Shown here in pieces: positions 40,071 through 54,349 of a stretch of 64,000 nt of DNA; within the stretch, counting starts at the first letter, position 1; every line of letters begins with the position of its first letter. A program made the translations under genes and the position numbers. The DNA is from Glaucostegus cemiculus (Eukaryota): positions 372,001-436,000 of the forward strand of contig CDPCPM010000274.1 in assembly GCA_976551045.1 (NCBI GenBank). The letters run 5' to 3'. The notes beneath the pieces are model-generated. The model was given only the letters and a program-made list of their open reading frames with translations. It was not told the DNA's origin and made no database searches.

Positions 40071-42059
40071 ATAAACTTCAAAGCCAGCATTCCACTCAGA
40101 AATAATTATATCCCTTTCACCCCATCCCACTCCTACCCCATAAATGTAGGATGGCTCTTTGCGGGGTAAAATGTGTAACATGTGACATGACATTAGCTAT
40201 ATTTAATCGAAAACAAAGGTAACAAAATTGTAGAAGAGAGTAAAATGGTCATTTCTTCGATAAGCCATCATTTCATTTGAGAAAAATGAATAAAAATTCA
40301 TGCTCACATGAGTACGAGTCTTTCTGTAGGGGTTGCCAATAAGACTTTCCACTGTTGAGGTTCTAACTCTGAATTAACTGCCAAAGATGAGTCAGCCACG
40401 AGATTTCCCCGCAACCTTTTATTCTCATCGTTAACATGCCGTTTATAATCTACCCGTTAAATCCGCGCTGTTAGTGCATCCGGACGAGAGTTGCTGTCTG
40501 CTTAAGCATATGTAAAACACCTTTGAATCCTTTACCAATAATAGGCAATACGTGGAAGTAAATGGTGTGGGTATTTTCTGATTTCAAATTAAGTTCACAG
40601 ATATGAAAATTATAACTTTTCTTGTTCGTTGGCTAATTAAAGTGCAACCTGCATATTCAGATCAAGATCTGAAATCATTCGCCAGGTTTTGTAAACATTT
40701 TGAGATGGCAGATGTTCCTCCGTGTTATTCTGCTGGGAAAGAGGCTTTTACAGCTTACTTTAGATCATGTTCAATTGAGTTTTTGACTCATGTTCTTTCT
40801 GATCAGGATTGTGGAGCCTTCCACAAAGCAAAGTATCTATTTTCTCGCCCGAAATTGAAATACTTTACAGTCAAAGATATGCCATTTGTTCCGAACGACT
40901 TATACAGAACTACCATTTTTTTTTTCAAGACCTACCTCTGGAATCACCCATTCCTATAAAGCAAGCAAACACACATATTGGTGATTGTTCTAACTTCTGA
41001 AAATAATTTTAACGCTGTGATGCTATGACTGACGTTGAGCAGCACCTCCGAATTTCGTCTCTTTGAGAAAGATCATTGGGTTAGATTTAAGACGAACTGG
41101 CAATTGTTCCGGAACGATTGTTCACACTGTTAATGCTCAATTTTGCTTCCCCTTCCTACCATCACCATTATATATACAGTGATCTGCCGACGGTAATCGG
41201 ATGTTTTATGCACTTTATGGTTTACTTAATATTGATATGAGTTCAATGGAATCTGCTGGCTAAGACTGATCTTTGAGCATTCGCACAAAATGTGCACGTG
41301 AATTGTCATCCCAAACAGTTTTCCTTGCAGTGATGGAAACAATATGGATGTTAAGTTTACTCTTGCTCATCGAATTTAACCAGGAAAAAAATGGTTAAAG
41401 CGGATGTGAAAAGAAGCAAACACGTGAATCAACCTTCTGTAATCATGTAAACAATCTTATGCTGTATGCCGAAAACAGAAGAAATAGTAAGAGATGGAAA
41501 ACATTCGGAAATCGATAGCTAAATTTCTTCTCTTGTATTCTGGCAGAATAAACAAATCTGGAACACGGACGATTTTAACTCAAGTGTCGAAGTTCTTTTT
41601 TTTAATAATTGTTCTTGCCTTTCGAAGGCCGGCATAAATACACTAACTAATATTCACCAGTCTCTGGCATTTGTATTTGAGTAATTATAGAATCCGTTGC
41701 TGGCATGATCTTATAACTTATTGAAGTCGTCAAAACAGCAGGTCACAGTTTCTGATGAAATAAAGGTCCACCGTAAGCGGCGAAGAGAGGAAAAGTTTTT
41801 AAAAATCCACGTTTAATAGACTTTACATTCAGCATTTGTCCCAGCATCAGCACTTGTCGAAGTTTACACTGAAGCCAACATTTCTCTACTATATTTTTTG
41901 GCTTCATTTCCAGCCTTGTAATTCCCAGGCTGCAGTATTAACCAAGCTGGATTTCCAAATAAATCAACAATCCGACAGACATAGTTAATACTTGGTAAAA
42001 TTTAAGATTCTATTAATTTGGCAATATGAAAGCAAAGTTCGCAACGTTCCTACATCGAA

Positions 42060-43030
42060 CTGTCGTATTTTATTCTCTTTACCTTTATTTATTCTGTACT
42101 TCCCAGCTAAAACATTAGAATTCGTATGGCAACTGCTGTATTGTGATCGAAAACAATGAGTTCAAGTACACTGACCTATTACGAGATGCTTCCTCTGAGG
42201 ACATATAATTTATTGCTGCTTATCTACTTTCGTCCCAACTGCCAATGTTTTGCTCTGTGTTAGTTGTGCAAGGACAATCGACCGTGCACGTAAGAATGAC
42301 AAGGATCGGCTGCAAAATATACAATTAGTAACAGGACGTGGAACATCTGATCATGTGAGTTTTTTGGCAACAATAACTCATCTTAGCTGATGTATTTCAT
42401 ATTCAACAATGTCTTATTGTTCAACAGCTTTGGTAGTTGCACCCACTGCAATCAAAACAATTTTTGAGATATGCAAAATAATTGTCAGGAAACAAGCGGC
42501 CAATGATCTATGATTTGATACTTCCAATTACGTGAAATATAAACGATGCCCTTGCAAAATTATATTTTGATAATAAACGCACAATACTATCTGTCATTCA
42601 AAAATAAGTGTTTCTTTGTCTTTGAACGGTGACATCTTAGTTGCAAAATGTAAGTTTTGTTTATCCCATAAGAACGATTCATGCAGTGGAAATGGACATC
42701 TGTTTAACCAAAATCTGGATGAATAATCTCCTTTTAAACCAAGTGGTTTCGTAATTACACGAATTATTTCTTTGATTAAAATGCAAAGGTCTCGGTATAG
42801 TTTAAGTTCTTAAATCATAAAGGGCAATGGTTTTGGCTGATCGATTTCCCGATACGTAGTAGTGAGGAAACGGTCGCCGCTAACAACATCGACCGTCAAA
42901 ACTTCTCAATTTCGTTATTGTTTAAAATAAAGGTCGAATTTAAATTATCATTATCTCCTCAACTCCAATTGCATAAACAAATTCGCCTTCCTATATATTC
43001 CCTGGATTGATACACATTTGAGGAGAAAAA
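42060..43030 (+). pseudogene. Decayed apelin/angiotensin/GPR15-like GPCR, near full length
   Basis: FIYSVL../GNCCIV (TM1), CLIV...LHPLQS (TM3/ICL2), GFVI (TM5), RKRS (TM6), LNSNCIN..FLY..IDTHLRR (TM7/H8). Confidence 0.6.
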
Positions 43031-43749
43031 AAAGTAGAAACAAAGAAAATCAATTTATATTCCCTAAAGTCAGAAAAAGAACAAGTACATTTCTAGCCTA
43101 TTGTTCTTTTTGTACACTTGAAGATTATATATAATTATATATCATTTGATGGTATATATTATACGTAATATTACAAAAAATGAGTAAAAGGCATAGATTC
43201 TAACTGGTTTGATTTTATAAGAAGGTATTCCACTTTCCACTCTCAGTAAGAGTGCAGAAAATAATTTTAAAAAGAGTGCAGAATGTGTTCCACTTTCAGT
43301 AAGAGTGCAGAAAATAATTGTCCTGTTCCATCTCATGGAAAAATCGCAAAGATAGAACCACTTTTTAACAAAACAATTTTTAGAAAAAGAAACAGAACAA
43401 CTTAAACTGTTCATAGCAGCTTCTAATATCATGCCTCAAGACGCTTGCAAAGAGACTTGATACTGGAGAAGGGCAACCAAGTGGTTTCTGGATATGCAGA
43501 TTTTAAGCAGCACATTAAAGAAAGAAAACTGTTTCCACAAAAGCTCAGGAAGTTAGTTCCAAGATGTGTGGCCTTAGGAGAAGAAGGGATGAGGACAGAT
43601 CCCCTCGCTTTACATCCAGAAAATGTAATAAGACATCTTTTTCCGAAGAATAAGATGGATAAAATTATAAAGAGTAAGGGTTGTTTAGCCATGTAGTGTC
43701 TCTAGTCTGTACCACAACTCAATACAACTCAATTCAATACTCTCTAAGG

Positions 43750-44450
43750 TCAAGACAGAACTTTTGTCTCAACCCTATTTTCCTTGCGGATCTATGCAGC
43801 TTTTAATTTGTATGTTCTCCGAATTGTATATTTCCATGACTTGAATATACTTAATGGCTCATCAGCAAAAGTTCTCGGGGGCTGGAATTTCGGACAGTCA
43901 CATGCCACTGAGAGAAGTTTCTAATCATCACCGACTTGCTACACGAACAGTTATCCTGAGACTGCTCCCGTTAGTTCTACATTCCCCTCAGGAGAAGCAA
44001 TTTATTCGGTCCCTGATCATCGGCCTGTAGCTTTCTGGCGTATATCTACTGTCCTTTTAAAAGAGGGAAAGAACATTTGCTATCCCAGTCCCCAGTATGT
44101 CATCCGAGGATAACGAAGATGCAAAAATCTTCGTAGGAGCCGCAGCAATTTCTTCTTTTGCTTCCCACAACATCCTGGAAGAGACCCCGTCAGGCCCTTG
44201 AGGTTTACCCACTTTGATGAGTGTCATTATCTTTAAAACGTCCTCCTTCTCGACAGAAATATGCTGTAGAATATCAGCGTACCTTTCCCCTAACACTCCT
44301 TCCTCCGCATACTTTCCCCTGCTTCTCTCTGGTAAATAGTGAGGAGACATATTCATTTTGGACTCTAATCATTATCCCTGGCTGTTCACATGGATTTCCC
44401 CGTTGGCCCCTGGGGGATGATACTCATTCCCTCGCTACTCTCTTGATTCT
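43750..44450 (-). mobile_element. Old CR1 LINE fragments
   Basis: ORF 44057-44356 (IKVGKPQGPDGV..RMLWEAKEEIA..KIFASSL...ANV..LF) is the CR1 pre-RT region; 3' pieces lie below it. Confidence 0.85.
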
Positions 44451-44459
44451 AATATACAT

Positions 44460-45450
44460 TTAAAGTTGAAAAAAATGTAAGTCTCGAGGCAATGAAGAAT
44501 TCTTAAGTGATTCAGCAGCAGGCAAACCGAGATGTTGGTGGAATTAGTGGCGGCTTCGATGTGAAAAATAGTCAGCAAAAGCATTGCTACAGATGTGCCC
44601 TCGATCTCGTGGTAAAACATGTTACCAAGGTCTCTTTATTTCCAAATGGTTGTTTCACACATTGCACCAAGGAAGGCAATATTGACGTCGATTAAAACAA
44701 AACAGAAACTAACTGTAAATACCAATCAAGTTTCTTCTATTGTGGATGGTGTTAGAAATAACCTGCTCGTTCAAACAACTGAAGCATAGCATTTAAGCTT
44801 GATTTCCTGATATTAGATATAATGTTTCATAGATGATTTGATTCTACCGAAATATTCTCAACCGTGAACCATATTTATTTCAATCGATTACTGCACAAGC
44901 ACGTCTGAAAATAAAAATTACAGCTAAAATAACACGGTCTGAAAAACTTAAATATTTACAATTATGTTCAGCACTGACAATGGGGTTGCAATGATAAATT
45001 TGATTCACAGATTACCGAAATGAAATGTGTGATTGCTTCAATGTTAAATTGAATAGAGGGGAAAAAAGCCTATCAGCAGAGATAGTCAAACACAACTAGA
45101 TCTTTATTATCACCTACCTGGTAATTTCAAATAACTTTTTATGTAATCGATTTCTGAAAATAAACATTGTCAGAATTAAACATAAATGTTAACAATAATA
45201 ACATCAAACAGATTCTTTGCCATTCGGAAAAAAAGCTGTCTGTTTTATCATGGTTCTCCTGTGTACATAAAACATGTTCATTGTCGGAGCCAAAGTTCCA
45301 AGAATCACACGGCATATTCCACTTTTGGCAATTTAGGCAACACAAAATTATTCAAATTCCAAATTCGATACGAACGGTGTTCTTCAATTAAATGCTGTGA
45401 AAGATTAGATATTCAGAAGGAACATCAATGTTATAAGATCAAAGCGAGAA
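44460..45450 (-). pseudogene. Decayed delta-group GPCR
   Basis: ISNLS (TM2), DSWNFGS (ECL1, ~45286-45306), LLLLTFM..D (TM3), FLFCF (TM6), NISVCLL..YIFF (TM7). Confidence 0.6.
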
Positions 45451-48400
45451 CACGTACCTTTTTCGTTCGCCATATTGGTGAAAGAAACGGATGATGTGGC
45501 GATTTGCTAATGGTTTACTATAAACCCATTCAACGTGTAATTACGATGTGATTCCACATTGCAGCAATGCGGAAGTTCACTTCCTTTATCACATCTTGGT
45601 ATCAATCCTTTACGATTTAATTTGATGTTAAGATTGAAACTAAGGCCAAACCAGTTAGCTTTGATATCTTATTTTTCAACCTCCCCATCTCTGCCGCACC
45701 CCACCCGCAAACCGTATGGCAAATGAAAGAATCTATTTCAGCAATGCTGTAAAAATATTCATGTAGTGAATCAAGATGTTCTGCAACAAAAATTCAAGTT
45801 GGCATTTTAAAATTATTCATGCGCTGCATTTGAAAGCCCGTGTTTCTTTATTTAATTACGATATCTATTAGCATTTCGGGGGTTGGAAAAGGAAGTAGAG
45901 AGACATCGCACTCTACAGAAGTGTCATTTATTAAAAGCTTCTCCGGTGAAATTAAACTCAGAACGTTGAAACATTTCATCTAATGAGTAGCCACGGAATC
46001 ACCACTGGTCACATATTCGTGCTCTTCCAAAGAAAATGTTTTATTACATCAGTTGCTCAACGTTGTGACCTCATTCCTGTCATTCAGAATGAAATACGAT
46101 TCAAGGAGATGCTTAGCTGAATATCCTTATCAATAAACTGGAAGCAATTGACAATCACACCTAGCTCTGAACGAACCTCGCTACTACTCGTCGGAATTTG
46201 ATTTCTGATTTAGGAAAACATCGGTAACAATTGTTTTACACGACCTCCAATAAGTCCATCATACGACTCTTCCCCAACTGACTAAGCTCCTGCAGCTTTA
46301 AATCAGCGACACATCTACTAACTCCAACAACTTTTAGAGTCCCAAATTAATCTCGGAATCATTGGAGCTGCCCAAGTTTTCTGTAATGCCCTCTAATACG
46401 TCTCTTCCTCACTATGCACTGTGCTTTTTCAAAATCAGCTGGCCTTATGTTTTGTTTATAAGTGGTCCTGTAAAGCTTATTGGGACATGTACAGAAATGC
46501 CTGACTATCGGAATTTGTTATAGATCACGTTCGAACATAAGCATTTTCCTGCAGCTTCGAAGCACGGATTAAGCAAACATATCCAGCTGCCCTTTATTTT
46601 TTTCAAAAGGTAGTGCAGAACAAGCTGCACCAGGCAGTGGAAAATGTGTTCTAACTAAAATTTGTCTGAGAATGTTATCATATTTCATGTGACAAGAACG
46701 AATTTGGAAAATATCTAACATTTTATCTGCAAGGCTGGCGAGAGACTTAATTGATGTATCGCACTTATCCCGAGATGAATAGTGTTAGTGGCGAGTAGGA
46801 CTGCAGGAAAACAGGGGGGGGGGGGGGGGCCTCACTGTGCACGTTGATATTGGATTTTGTATGAAAGTACTACAGTTTCCAATAAAGCAGCATTGACGGC
46901 ACAGGAGATTCTTATTGAAGAGCGACGACCAGATAATGGCATCAAAGCTGATGGTTTGTACCATGCCGTATAGTTTCTCGAAAATAAATACTCGAACTAT
47001 TTCCGGTAAAGGATTAATTAGAACAGCATTGAACTATCAGCAATTTTTGCACTGAGAAGTATTGAGTTGTGTGTAACGAGATATATGTTACCTTTCTTTG
47101 TTATCTTGAACCTTTCGTCTGCAGGCAATCATATTAATGTCAGATAAAACATGTCCATCAGTACTTGAAACGTAAGATAATCACGAGAAAGCAAACAATT
47201 TAAAGCTCAGTCAACAAATATGGTCGATCTTTTATTTCCCAAAGTACAAAATAGTAACACCTTCCCTAAGTACCATTGTAACTACATTTGCGTTAAATTT
47301 TCTGAATGTCTTGCGTATTATTGAATGATAATTTTCCTTGTTTTATTGGAGACAGATACAGTAACTCAGATATGAACATATCTTTTCTAAATGCCAAAGA
47401 GAACTATCCTAGTAACTTAAGTACTTCAACTGGCTTTTAGAGATAGATACAATCAAATAGGTAATACATTTTAATTGTAACTCTCGCTTACTAATACTAT
47501 GAAATTCAGCAAACCGGTAAATTGACGTATTTTCATTAATTCTAAAATATATTGTTATCCAAAGGGTTTTAAAATTATTCATGCGCTGCAGTTGAAAGCC
47601 CGTGTTTCTTTATCTAATTACGATATCTATTAGCATTTATTAAATAAATTGTGGATTTGCATGATGGAATGCGACTGACATAAGGCACGGCTAGGACCGC
47701 GACACTAGTCAATTATTATGTCATACCTGAGTACAAAAGACATTTATTTCATCCGCCAGAGTAATTATCGAACACGTTATGTTGTGAACGTCTCAATTTT
47801 ATAACTTAAAGAAAATTTAATTTTATTTTCACTGTAGTATGGCAATCTTACCGACATCAGTTTGGAGAGCTTTTATTTCTGAAACAGGATGAAAATCCAT
47901 AGTGTATTGCATTTATATTACGAACGAGATAATACAGGCGCACATTGTTGTTGCACGCAGGTCCAGAACATACACCAACCCATAAATGTCACTTAGAAGC
48001 CTCTGTGGTTCCAAGAAAATGAATAAAAAGTATGAATTTAATGCTTTTATTAAATAATTAAAAAACATTGGGCTATGAAAACATTTTTTTTCGTCCTAAA
48101 TGTCTGTTTATGAGTTTTCTGTGCATTCAGTCATCGTTTGTATCCATATAAGTTATCAAAGTGCCTGTGTAACATTATGAGATTCCATATACGTTGTCCC
48201 TTTATCTTCTCGAGTTTTAGTCAATGAGAATACTTTCGATACCCTGCCTCGGTTGTCTGTTTAATAGCAAACCTGATGGTACCTACGAAGCGTCTCCTTG
48301 AATTGACGATATTAGATGTTGTAAAGAGGCAGGGTTTTGATATGGGAATGGCTGGATCATTATGAGGATGCTTATAAGGAGATTTCATTTAGATCCTTTG

Positions 48401-48779
48401 CTTTTTCGTCAACAATAAATTCGGTGTCATTCATATTGAATACCATCTACATGTTGAAAAAATCTGAAAATAAATGTTAAAATCACTGCAAAAATTAACC
48501 TTAACGTGTATGTTTTCCCCTCAACTGACGCCATTATTCACCCCCCTTGATAATGATACATGTTGGAAAATCAGCATATTTAGATGCCCAATAAGCATCA
48601 GCCAGCATGTCACACACGTTTGCTCTGAAGCATGCTAGACTCTTGTCGTAGGTTCAAAGGAAGCTGTCACAAAATACTTGGATAGCTCAAAGGGGAAGAT
48701 AGGGAGAATATCTAACCGAGGAGAGGGAATCCAAAACTAAATGCCTGCAATGAATTCACTGGATATTCATGACGCCCCT

Positions 48780-49000
48780 TATTTCTTTTACTGCAATGGG
48801 AGTTCACAGTATTGCCACCATTTCTTATCCGTCCCATGTTGTGCGTTTGGCATTTTAGTGGACAGCTGTGCCTGAGGACAATTTGTATCAGAATTCACAA
48901 ATATTCCTCAGAAACATGGTTGAACCACGTGTGGATAAATGACAATTCTGTCGAATCGTTTTCATCGTCGCTGATAGTAGCTCTCCAGACGGAAATTCCG
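48780..49000 (+). pseudogene. Decayed GPCR, TM2-TM3 fragment
   Basis: LPPFLI..VWHFSGQLC....IHKYSS..WL in ORF 48812-49081. Confidence 0.5.
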
Positions 49001-49589
49001 AATCTTCTTCTCGAATCTTGCGTTCCAGCTATTAACTCAATGACCCAACCATTAGGCCAGGTAATGATTGCCTTAAAATAGCTTTAATGAAGTGGCGATG
49101 CACGAAACATTTGATATGAGACCAAAAGCGAATAAGAACACAAGTAAATTAAAATAAAATGCATGAATGCACCCCTTCGTAAAAGCAGCGATTCCCTGTT
49201 GATTTTCAATCGTTTGATCGTCGAAAGTTCCTGTCAGCATTATCGTGTGGAACAGAAGGGCATGTTGTCAACTTAACGGCTTGAATAGTACTTGATAAGC
49301 AGTTCTGAGGTCTGCCACAAGAAATTTCCATCGGAATAGCCAAGTTCACTTGGAATGAACTGCCAAAAATTGATTGAAGTGGGGAAATTTGGAATAATTG
49401 AATGAAAGTGAAAGGGTACAACAATCCAACATAATTTCTGTCTTAAGGCATGAAACTACGATCCCAAAGACTTTTTTTTTTAATTTCAGAGCATCATTTG
49501 CAAATAATTAATTTGGTTCAAACATCTAAAAAAAATCAAGCGTCAATATTGATAGCATTTTTTTAATATTTGATTTTCACGAGACCCGT

Positions 49590-50430
49590 GTGTCAATGGC
49601 AATATTATCAGTGGTACTCTATTCTTCATTGTGCTCGCGCTTATGCTGTAAACCTCTTCCTGAAGCTCTCCGTCACGACAGCTACTTGCTTTAAAACGTT
49701 ACTTACATCCTACTTCTTTGTGAACTGTCTGTAAACATTATTTCGTCCAATTTTGCAAACTTTTACGTTGATTTTACGACTGGTAATGCGTTTCTTGACA
49801 TGTATTGTTAAATTAACAGCGCTCTGTAAATGCAAGTCCCTTGTTTTGTTCGTCTTTGTTAAGCACCATATTGGTATGTATGACTGCTGGATTATTTAAC
49901 TCAGGTGCATGCAGTTTGCAAAATAAAAGCAGAAAACCAAGATTATTGCTACAACCGACCAGCAACAAACTATTCGTCCTTTTCTTGGCTTCTCAACATA
50001 TTCTGCGATAGCTTAATTCCTTGTGGATTAAGCTTTGGAAAATCTCTAACTGATCATAATTAACCAATGCAAAAGAAAACGTTTTGACGAATGGAGACGG
50101 CTTGGAATATTCCACTATTGATCTCATCAGTGACTGAATTAAAGTTCCTCTCAGTGACAGTGTTCTTTGCAACTTTTCATGAAGTTCTTTTGATGGATTA
50201 CCACAATTAGGACCAGTGATAAGGCAAATCCCGGATAATTCCAAGGGATTTACGTGTGACGTTAACTTTACTAAGGAAGTTATAATTTATCTACGTGAGC
50301 GACATGTGACAATAATCCTCCATAACTGTATTGAATCAGGACGAACGAAACTGTTAACCATTACATGCTGCCTTATACGGCTGACAGATTATCGGGCAGA
50401 CCATCTCATCCATGGAGCTTCTATTTGTCG
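49590..50430 (+). pseudogene. Decayed P2Y-like GPCR
   Basis: GNII (TM1), FLKLSVT (TM2), FCKLLR../FLTCI (49792-49806; TM3), ITCCL..ADHLIH (TM7). Confidence 0.6.
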
Positions 50431-51614
50431 AATGGGGCTAAATTGCAAAATAGAAGAAAATCTTACAAGGAAAAACCTCATATTTAAGGATAAATATTAG
50501 ATGCATAGGTTACATGTTGTAGACAGGTTTAATTCTGTTTTCAGGAAATTCAATGAATACGTTTATTCTGCTTCTCAAAATTGAAGGTTGAACATGGGAA
50601 ATGACATAAATATATTGAGTGATATTAATGAGATGAGAATAAATTTACCAGCACGTATGAATTTCATTTCATGTCAACGACATTTTCTTTACCTGCCTTC
50701 ACGTCCTTTGCTGCGAAAAAAGGAAACTGTAAGATGAGCCGGCTGAAATATACATTCATTATATGTGCAAGAGTGAGTATTTGACACAATTCAATTAAAA
50801 GTGAATAGGTACTGTACATATTTCTCAGTGAAAGCCACAAAGGGGTGATTCGAGTTGACTAATAGTGTTTGTTCCCACACTGAACGATTGACTGTCATGA
50901 ATTGGTGCTTTAGCACGTAACAGATAGCCACAGATGCGGATCAAGGGACACGTTCAATCTGAATTGCAGATTAGATGCCGGTGCACTTGAACTCGAACTC
51001 TGATGCTGAAATCCAATTGAGCTCAATAATGAAGTACTGACATAATAAGGAGAAAGTCCAAATACACATTACGCCTTTCCCCTCAGCTTTGCCCAGTGGT
51101 AGCTAACGTAGGAAAGACGGGCCTGTTCAGTCGAAAGGGATCGCCAATATTGTGATAAACTAGAATAAGTGCTTGAATTATTTGAACGCATTTGTTTTAA
51201 GTTGCTTTCGAATATTTATTATTGCTTTATGGTGATCTAATTTTGTTTATTTAGTTTTGTAGCCTACAATTTCATGCAATCAATAATATTGCTGATAACA
51301 TAAAGAAAGAAATCACTATTACGGTGTAGTAAATCAATGCCTGCACTGGTACTCTGTGGCTGTAATAAGGAGAAAGTCCAACTGCACATTACGCCTTCCC
51401 CCTCAGCTTTGGTAAGATGGAAAGTTCAGAGGAACTTGCTTAAAATAAAAGCTATAAACACCCTTTCTTAGTTTGCGCTGACATAAACTGAGGTGGTTAC
51501 TCGGAAATGAAACATGGAATGCTGGTGCTCTTGATTAAGAAGTAGCTTTGGATCTAATCATGCCCAAAACTAGCAGCAATTGTAATCATAATTATTTCGT
51601 AAAATCATTCTGAG

Positions 51615-51646
<32 letters not shown>

Positions 51647-51649
51647 CGT

Positions 51650-52410
51650 TCACATTGTCCAAAAGCAGACAGCGTCGCTGACTTAATTAATGCAAAACTA
51701 TGTATGTAAAATAATTATATTCATCTTTTATGTATTCAAAATGACGAGAAGAATTATAGTGGCTCACTGATGTCATTTAGAGTCTTCTTCAAGGAATCCA
51801 CTTCTAAAATATAAAATACAGTATATGGCATAATGTTGTTTAAAGCATATCATAATGGTTTTCTCAATTGATTCTTTGCATGTTCATCCAGTATTTTTGG
51901 TATTCTTAATGCTGCTTGCATACATTAGTATGAAACGCATTTCCTTATGTTATTACCAAAGTACAACTTTTCGGATTTTAAATTATTTCGTAATCATTTA
52001 ATCAAATGGAATTAAAGTAAAATTACAAAGAAATGATCTCGGATTTTTGTATTTTTCTACTTCCGTTTATATGTTGAGGGAATTTAAAAAATGATCCGAA
52101 AAGGAGTATTTCTTCATTTAAAAACGCAAGTTATCCAATCAATTGTCCAACGGCATTACTCCAAAACCCATTTTAAATCGGCTTTATTTTATTCGTAATA
52201 AGCTTATACTAATCCTATAAGGAGGGCAATTGGGTTTCTTTAAGAAAAGGCTCTATATTCTGCAAATACAATAAAAAGGGTGTCTTTCGTCTAAACATCT
52301 GTGCAGTTATTTAATTTCGATCTTTGAGATCCGGCCCAGTTAAAGTAAAAGTTATCTTTATGATCTGGTGGTCAGCCGGTTGATCCAATATACCCATTTT
52401 ATAGTTCTTG
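51650..52410 (+). pseudogene. Decayed class A GPCR
   Basis: SVADLI (TM2), SSIF../AYISMKR (TM3), IGFILF (TM5), VDPIY (~52379-52393; TM7). Confidence 0.5.
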
Positions 52411-52549
52411 GAAGAAGCTGCAATGAAAGTTATCCCGATGACTCACAAGCCACACATACTGCGTCGCATATTGAAACAGCATGTAATTATATGCTGACCA
52501 GTTGAAATGGTTATCTGTTCAGAGTTACATCCCGAGATCACGCGACCTG

Positions 52550-53290
52550 ATTAGTGCAATGTGCCCATCTCATTACCTCTTGTGCCGTCTGCGTGCTCTG
52601 CTTAAAGTTCTGATCAAAGTTAAACCTCGTGATGTGTTTCCCAAGTAGGGCTGGTGGAAGTCGGTAATGGTAATTCCAAGAAATTATAAGTATTGTTGTT
52701 GATTGACGTTGGTAACGGCGGTTTCCTGGCAAGTGCGTGAAAGGAAATACCACTTGCTACTTTGAAGCCCATGCCTTCTTTTTTTTTATTCTTGATACTT
52801 CGGCACGCATGTTCATTTTCTTGGTCCTGTGAACTACTTTGATCAATCATTAACAGTCATCAGTGAACCTCCTCGATTCTGACATTAAGATAAATGGTGA
52901 ATTAGCTGGAAGTGATGAGCCAAGGACTTTGCCTTAGGAACGCCTGCAACCATGCACTTGAGGAAGAGATATTGATAAAAAATGCGAAGAGTAAGCAGTG
53001 ATCAGAGCTATGTTCAGTTGATTCTTTTTGGTTTTTACGTCTTTTGTACTTGTTAATGTCAAGGGAAATCAATCATGCGTTAATTCTGGAATTCAGCAAT
53101 ATCGTATTTTTCTTGCGTGAATGCCGTGATGGATTTCAATACTGAGTGGTCTTGAAGAGGCCATCCTGGAGGAACAGCTACATACTGGGAGTTCTTTTGA
53201 CGACGGTACAAATTACTTTGGGGAAGTTTTGGCTGATCGTCAAACTGAAACATTTCTCGTTGACCCGCTGTTATTGAAGAATGCATTATT
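52550..53290 (+). pseudogene. Decayed class A GPCR
   Basis: AVCVLCL (TM1), FG, SLTVIS (TM3), LFGF (TM5), FLA*MP (TM6 W to TGA), LVDPLL (TM7). Confidence 0.5.
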
Positions 53291-53479
53291 TCCATTGGTT
53301 ATTTTGAATTGTGTACGAAATCAAACATAAAATGGTTTATATTGCTCACCTTGTGATTTATCTATCAGCTTTTTCTCTACAAAGCAAAGTTATTTAATTG
53401 TTTTTTAATCATTCGTTCATTGAGCCATCTGAGATAAAGAATTAAAATAAAAACAGGAAAAGCCTGCGATACTCCGAAG

Positions 53480-54000
53480 GATAATCTTGATATTGAACTT
53501 GCCACAAATATTCCCTTTGTTCACCCTGTATCTATAGGCAACCTACAACTCTGTAACTTATTTTCTTATTTTGCTTATTCATAATAAACTCTTCCTATTC
53601 TTATTTTCTTACTACGACACACACACACATAAGAACTGGAAAGTGAGAAAACACGTTGAAAAATTTTAATTTGCACCGAGTCGTTAACATGAAACATCAG
53701 CTCTGTTTCTCTTTCCATAGATATACCTGACTTTCACAGATTCTCCAGTACTTCAGCATTTTCTGTTTTTGCTTCACCTGTTAATTAGTTGTGATTTTTG
53801 CGGGTTTCTTCTTTGCTTTTCAGATTGTGGTTGATACTGCACTTACAGCGTAAAGCAGGACGATTGGGACCGTATTTGCTGTATGTTTTACTGCAGCCGG
53901 TTTTTACTAATATTAATATTTATTCTTCCAATAAGAAAATATTGAAGTTTAGAGCAGATTAGATTAGTCTAAGGCTTGCTGAATGGATATTATTCGCGGC
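53480..54000 (+). pseudogene. Decayed PAR/P2Y-like GPCR, split by a short repeat
   Basis: ILNL (TM2), LCNLFSYFAY (TM3), FAGFFF (TM5), VFAVCFT (TM6). Confidence 0.45.
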
Positions 54001-54349
54001 GAGAACATTTTCAACGCTTTCGATAATTTTTGTTCAACAAAAAGTAATGTGCAAAGGTCATTTTGGAGGGAAACATCCTTAAGAAGCTTAAGTATTCGTA
54101 AGCACTTAAATAATCAAATCATTAAAGGATATGGGTCAAGTGCTGGCAAATTGGTGTAGTATGGATGAGGTCCCCTGATGGTCGTATTTACGTAGTATAC
54201 CGAAGTGCGTTTCCCAGCTATAAGGCTAGGATTTGATTATCCTCTGAAAATAGAAATACTGCTTACCCACTGCTTTCAGAGCCTTTTCCAGTTCGTCATA
54301 TTCTGAAAATTAAAAATACTCATGTTATTTTGCCAACTGATATTAATAA

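Noticed and set aside
40300-41700. Weak TM-like motifs on both strands, including the 118-aa ORF 40603-40959; similar weak signals at ~16050-16750, 27330-27540, 46260-46480, 47760-47960, 55680-55950, 56430-56740 and 59200-59420
   Set aside because: Too few ordered motifs or ambiguous strand. AT-rich DNA readily translates to hydrophobic peptides. Some may be further GPCR remnants, but they are not called.
52538-52850. Minus-strand WYF...SRARRR resembling shark GPR139-like receptors
   Set aside because: The + strand reading has five ordered motifs through TM7, so the minus match is likely chance.
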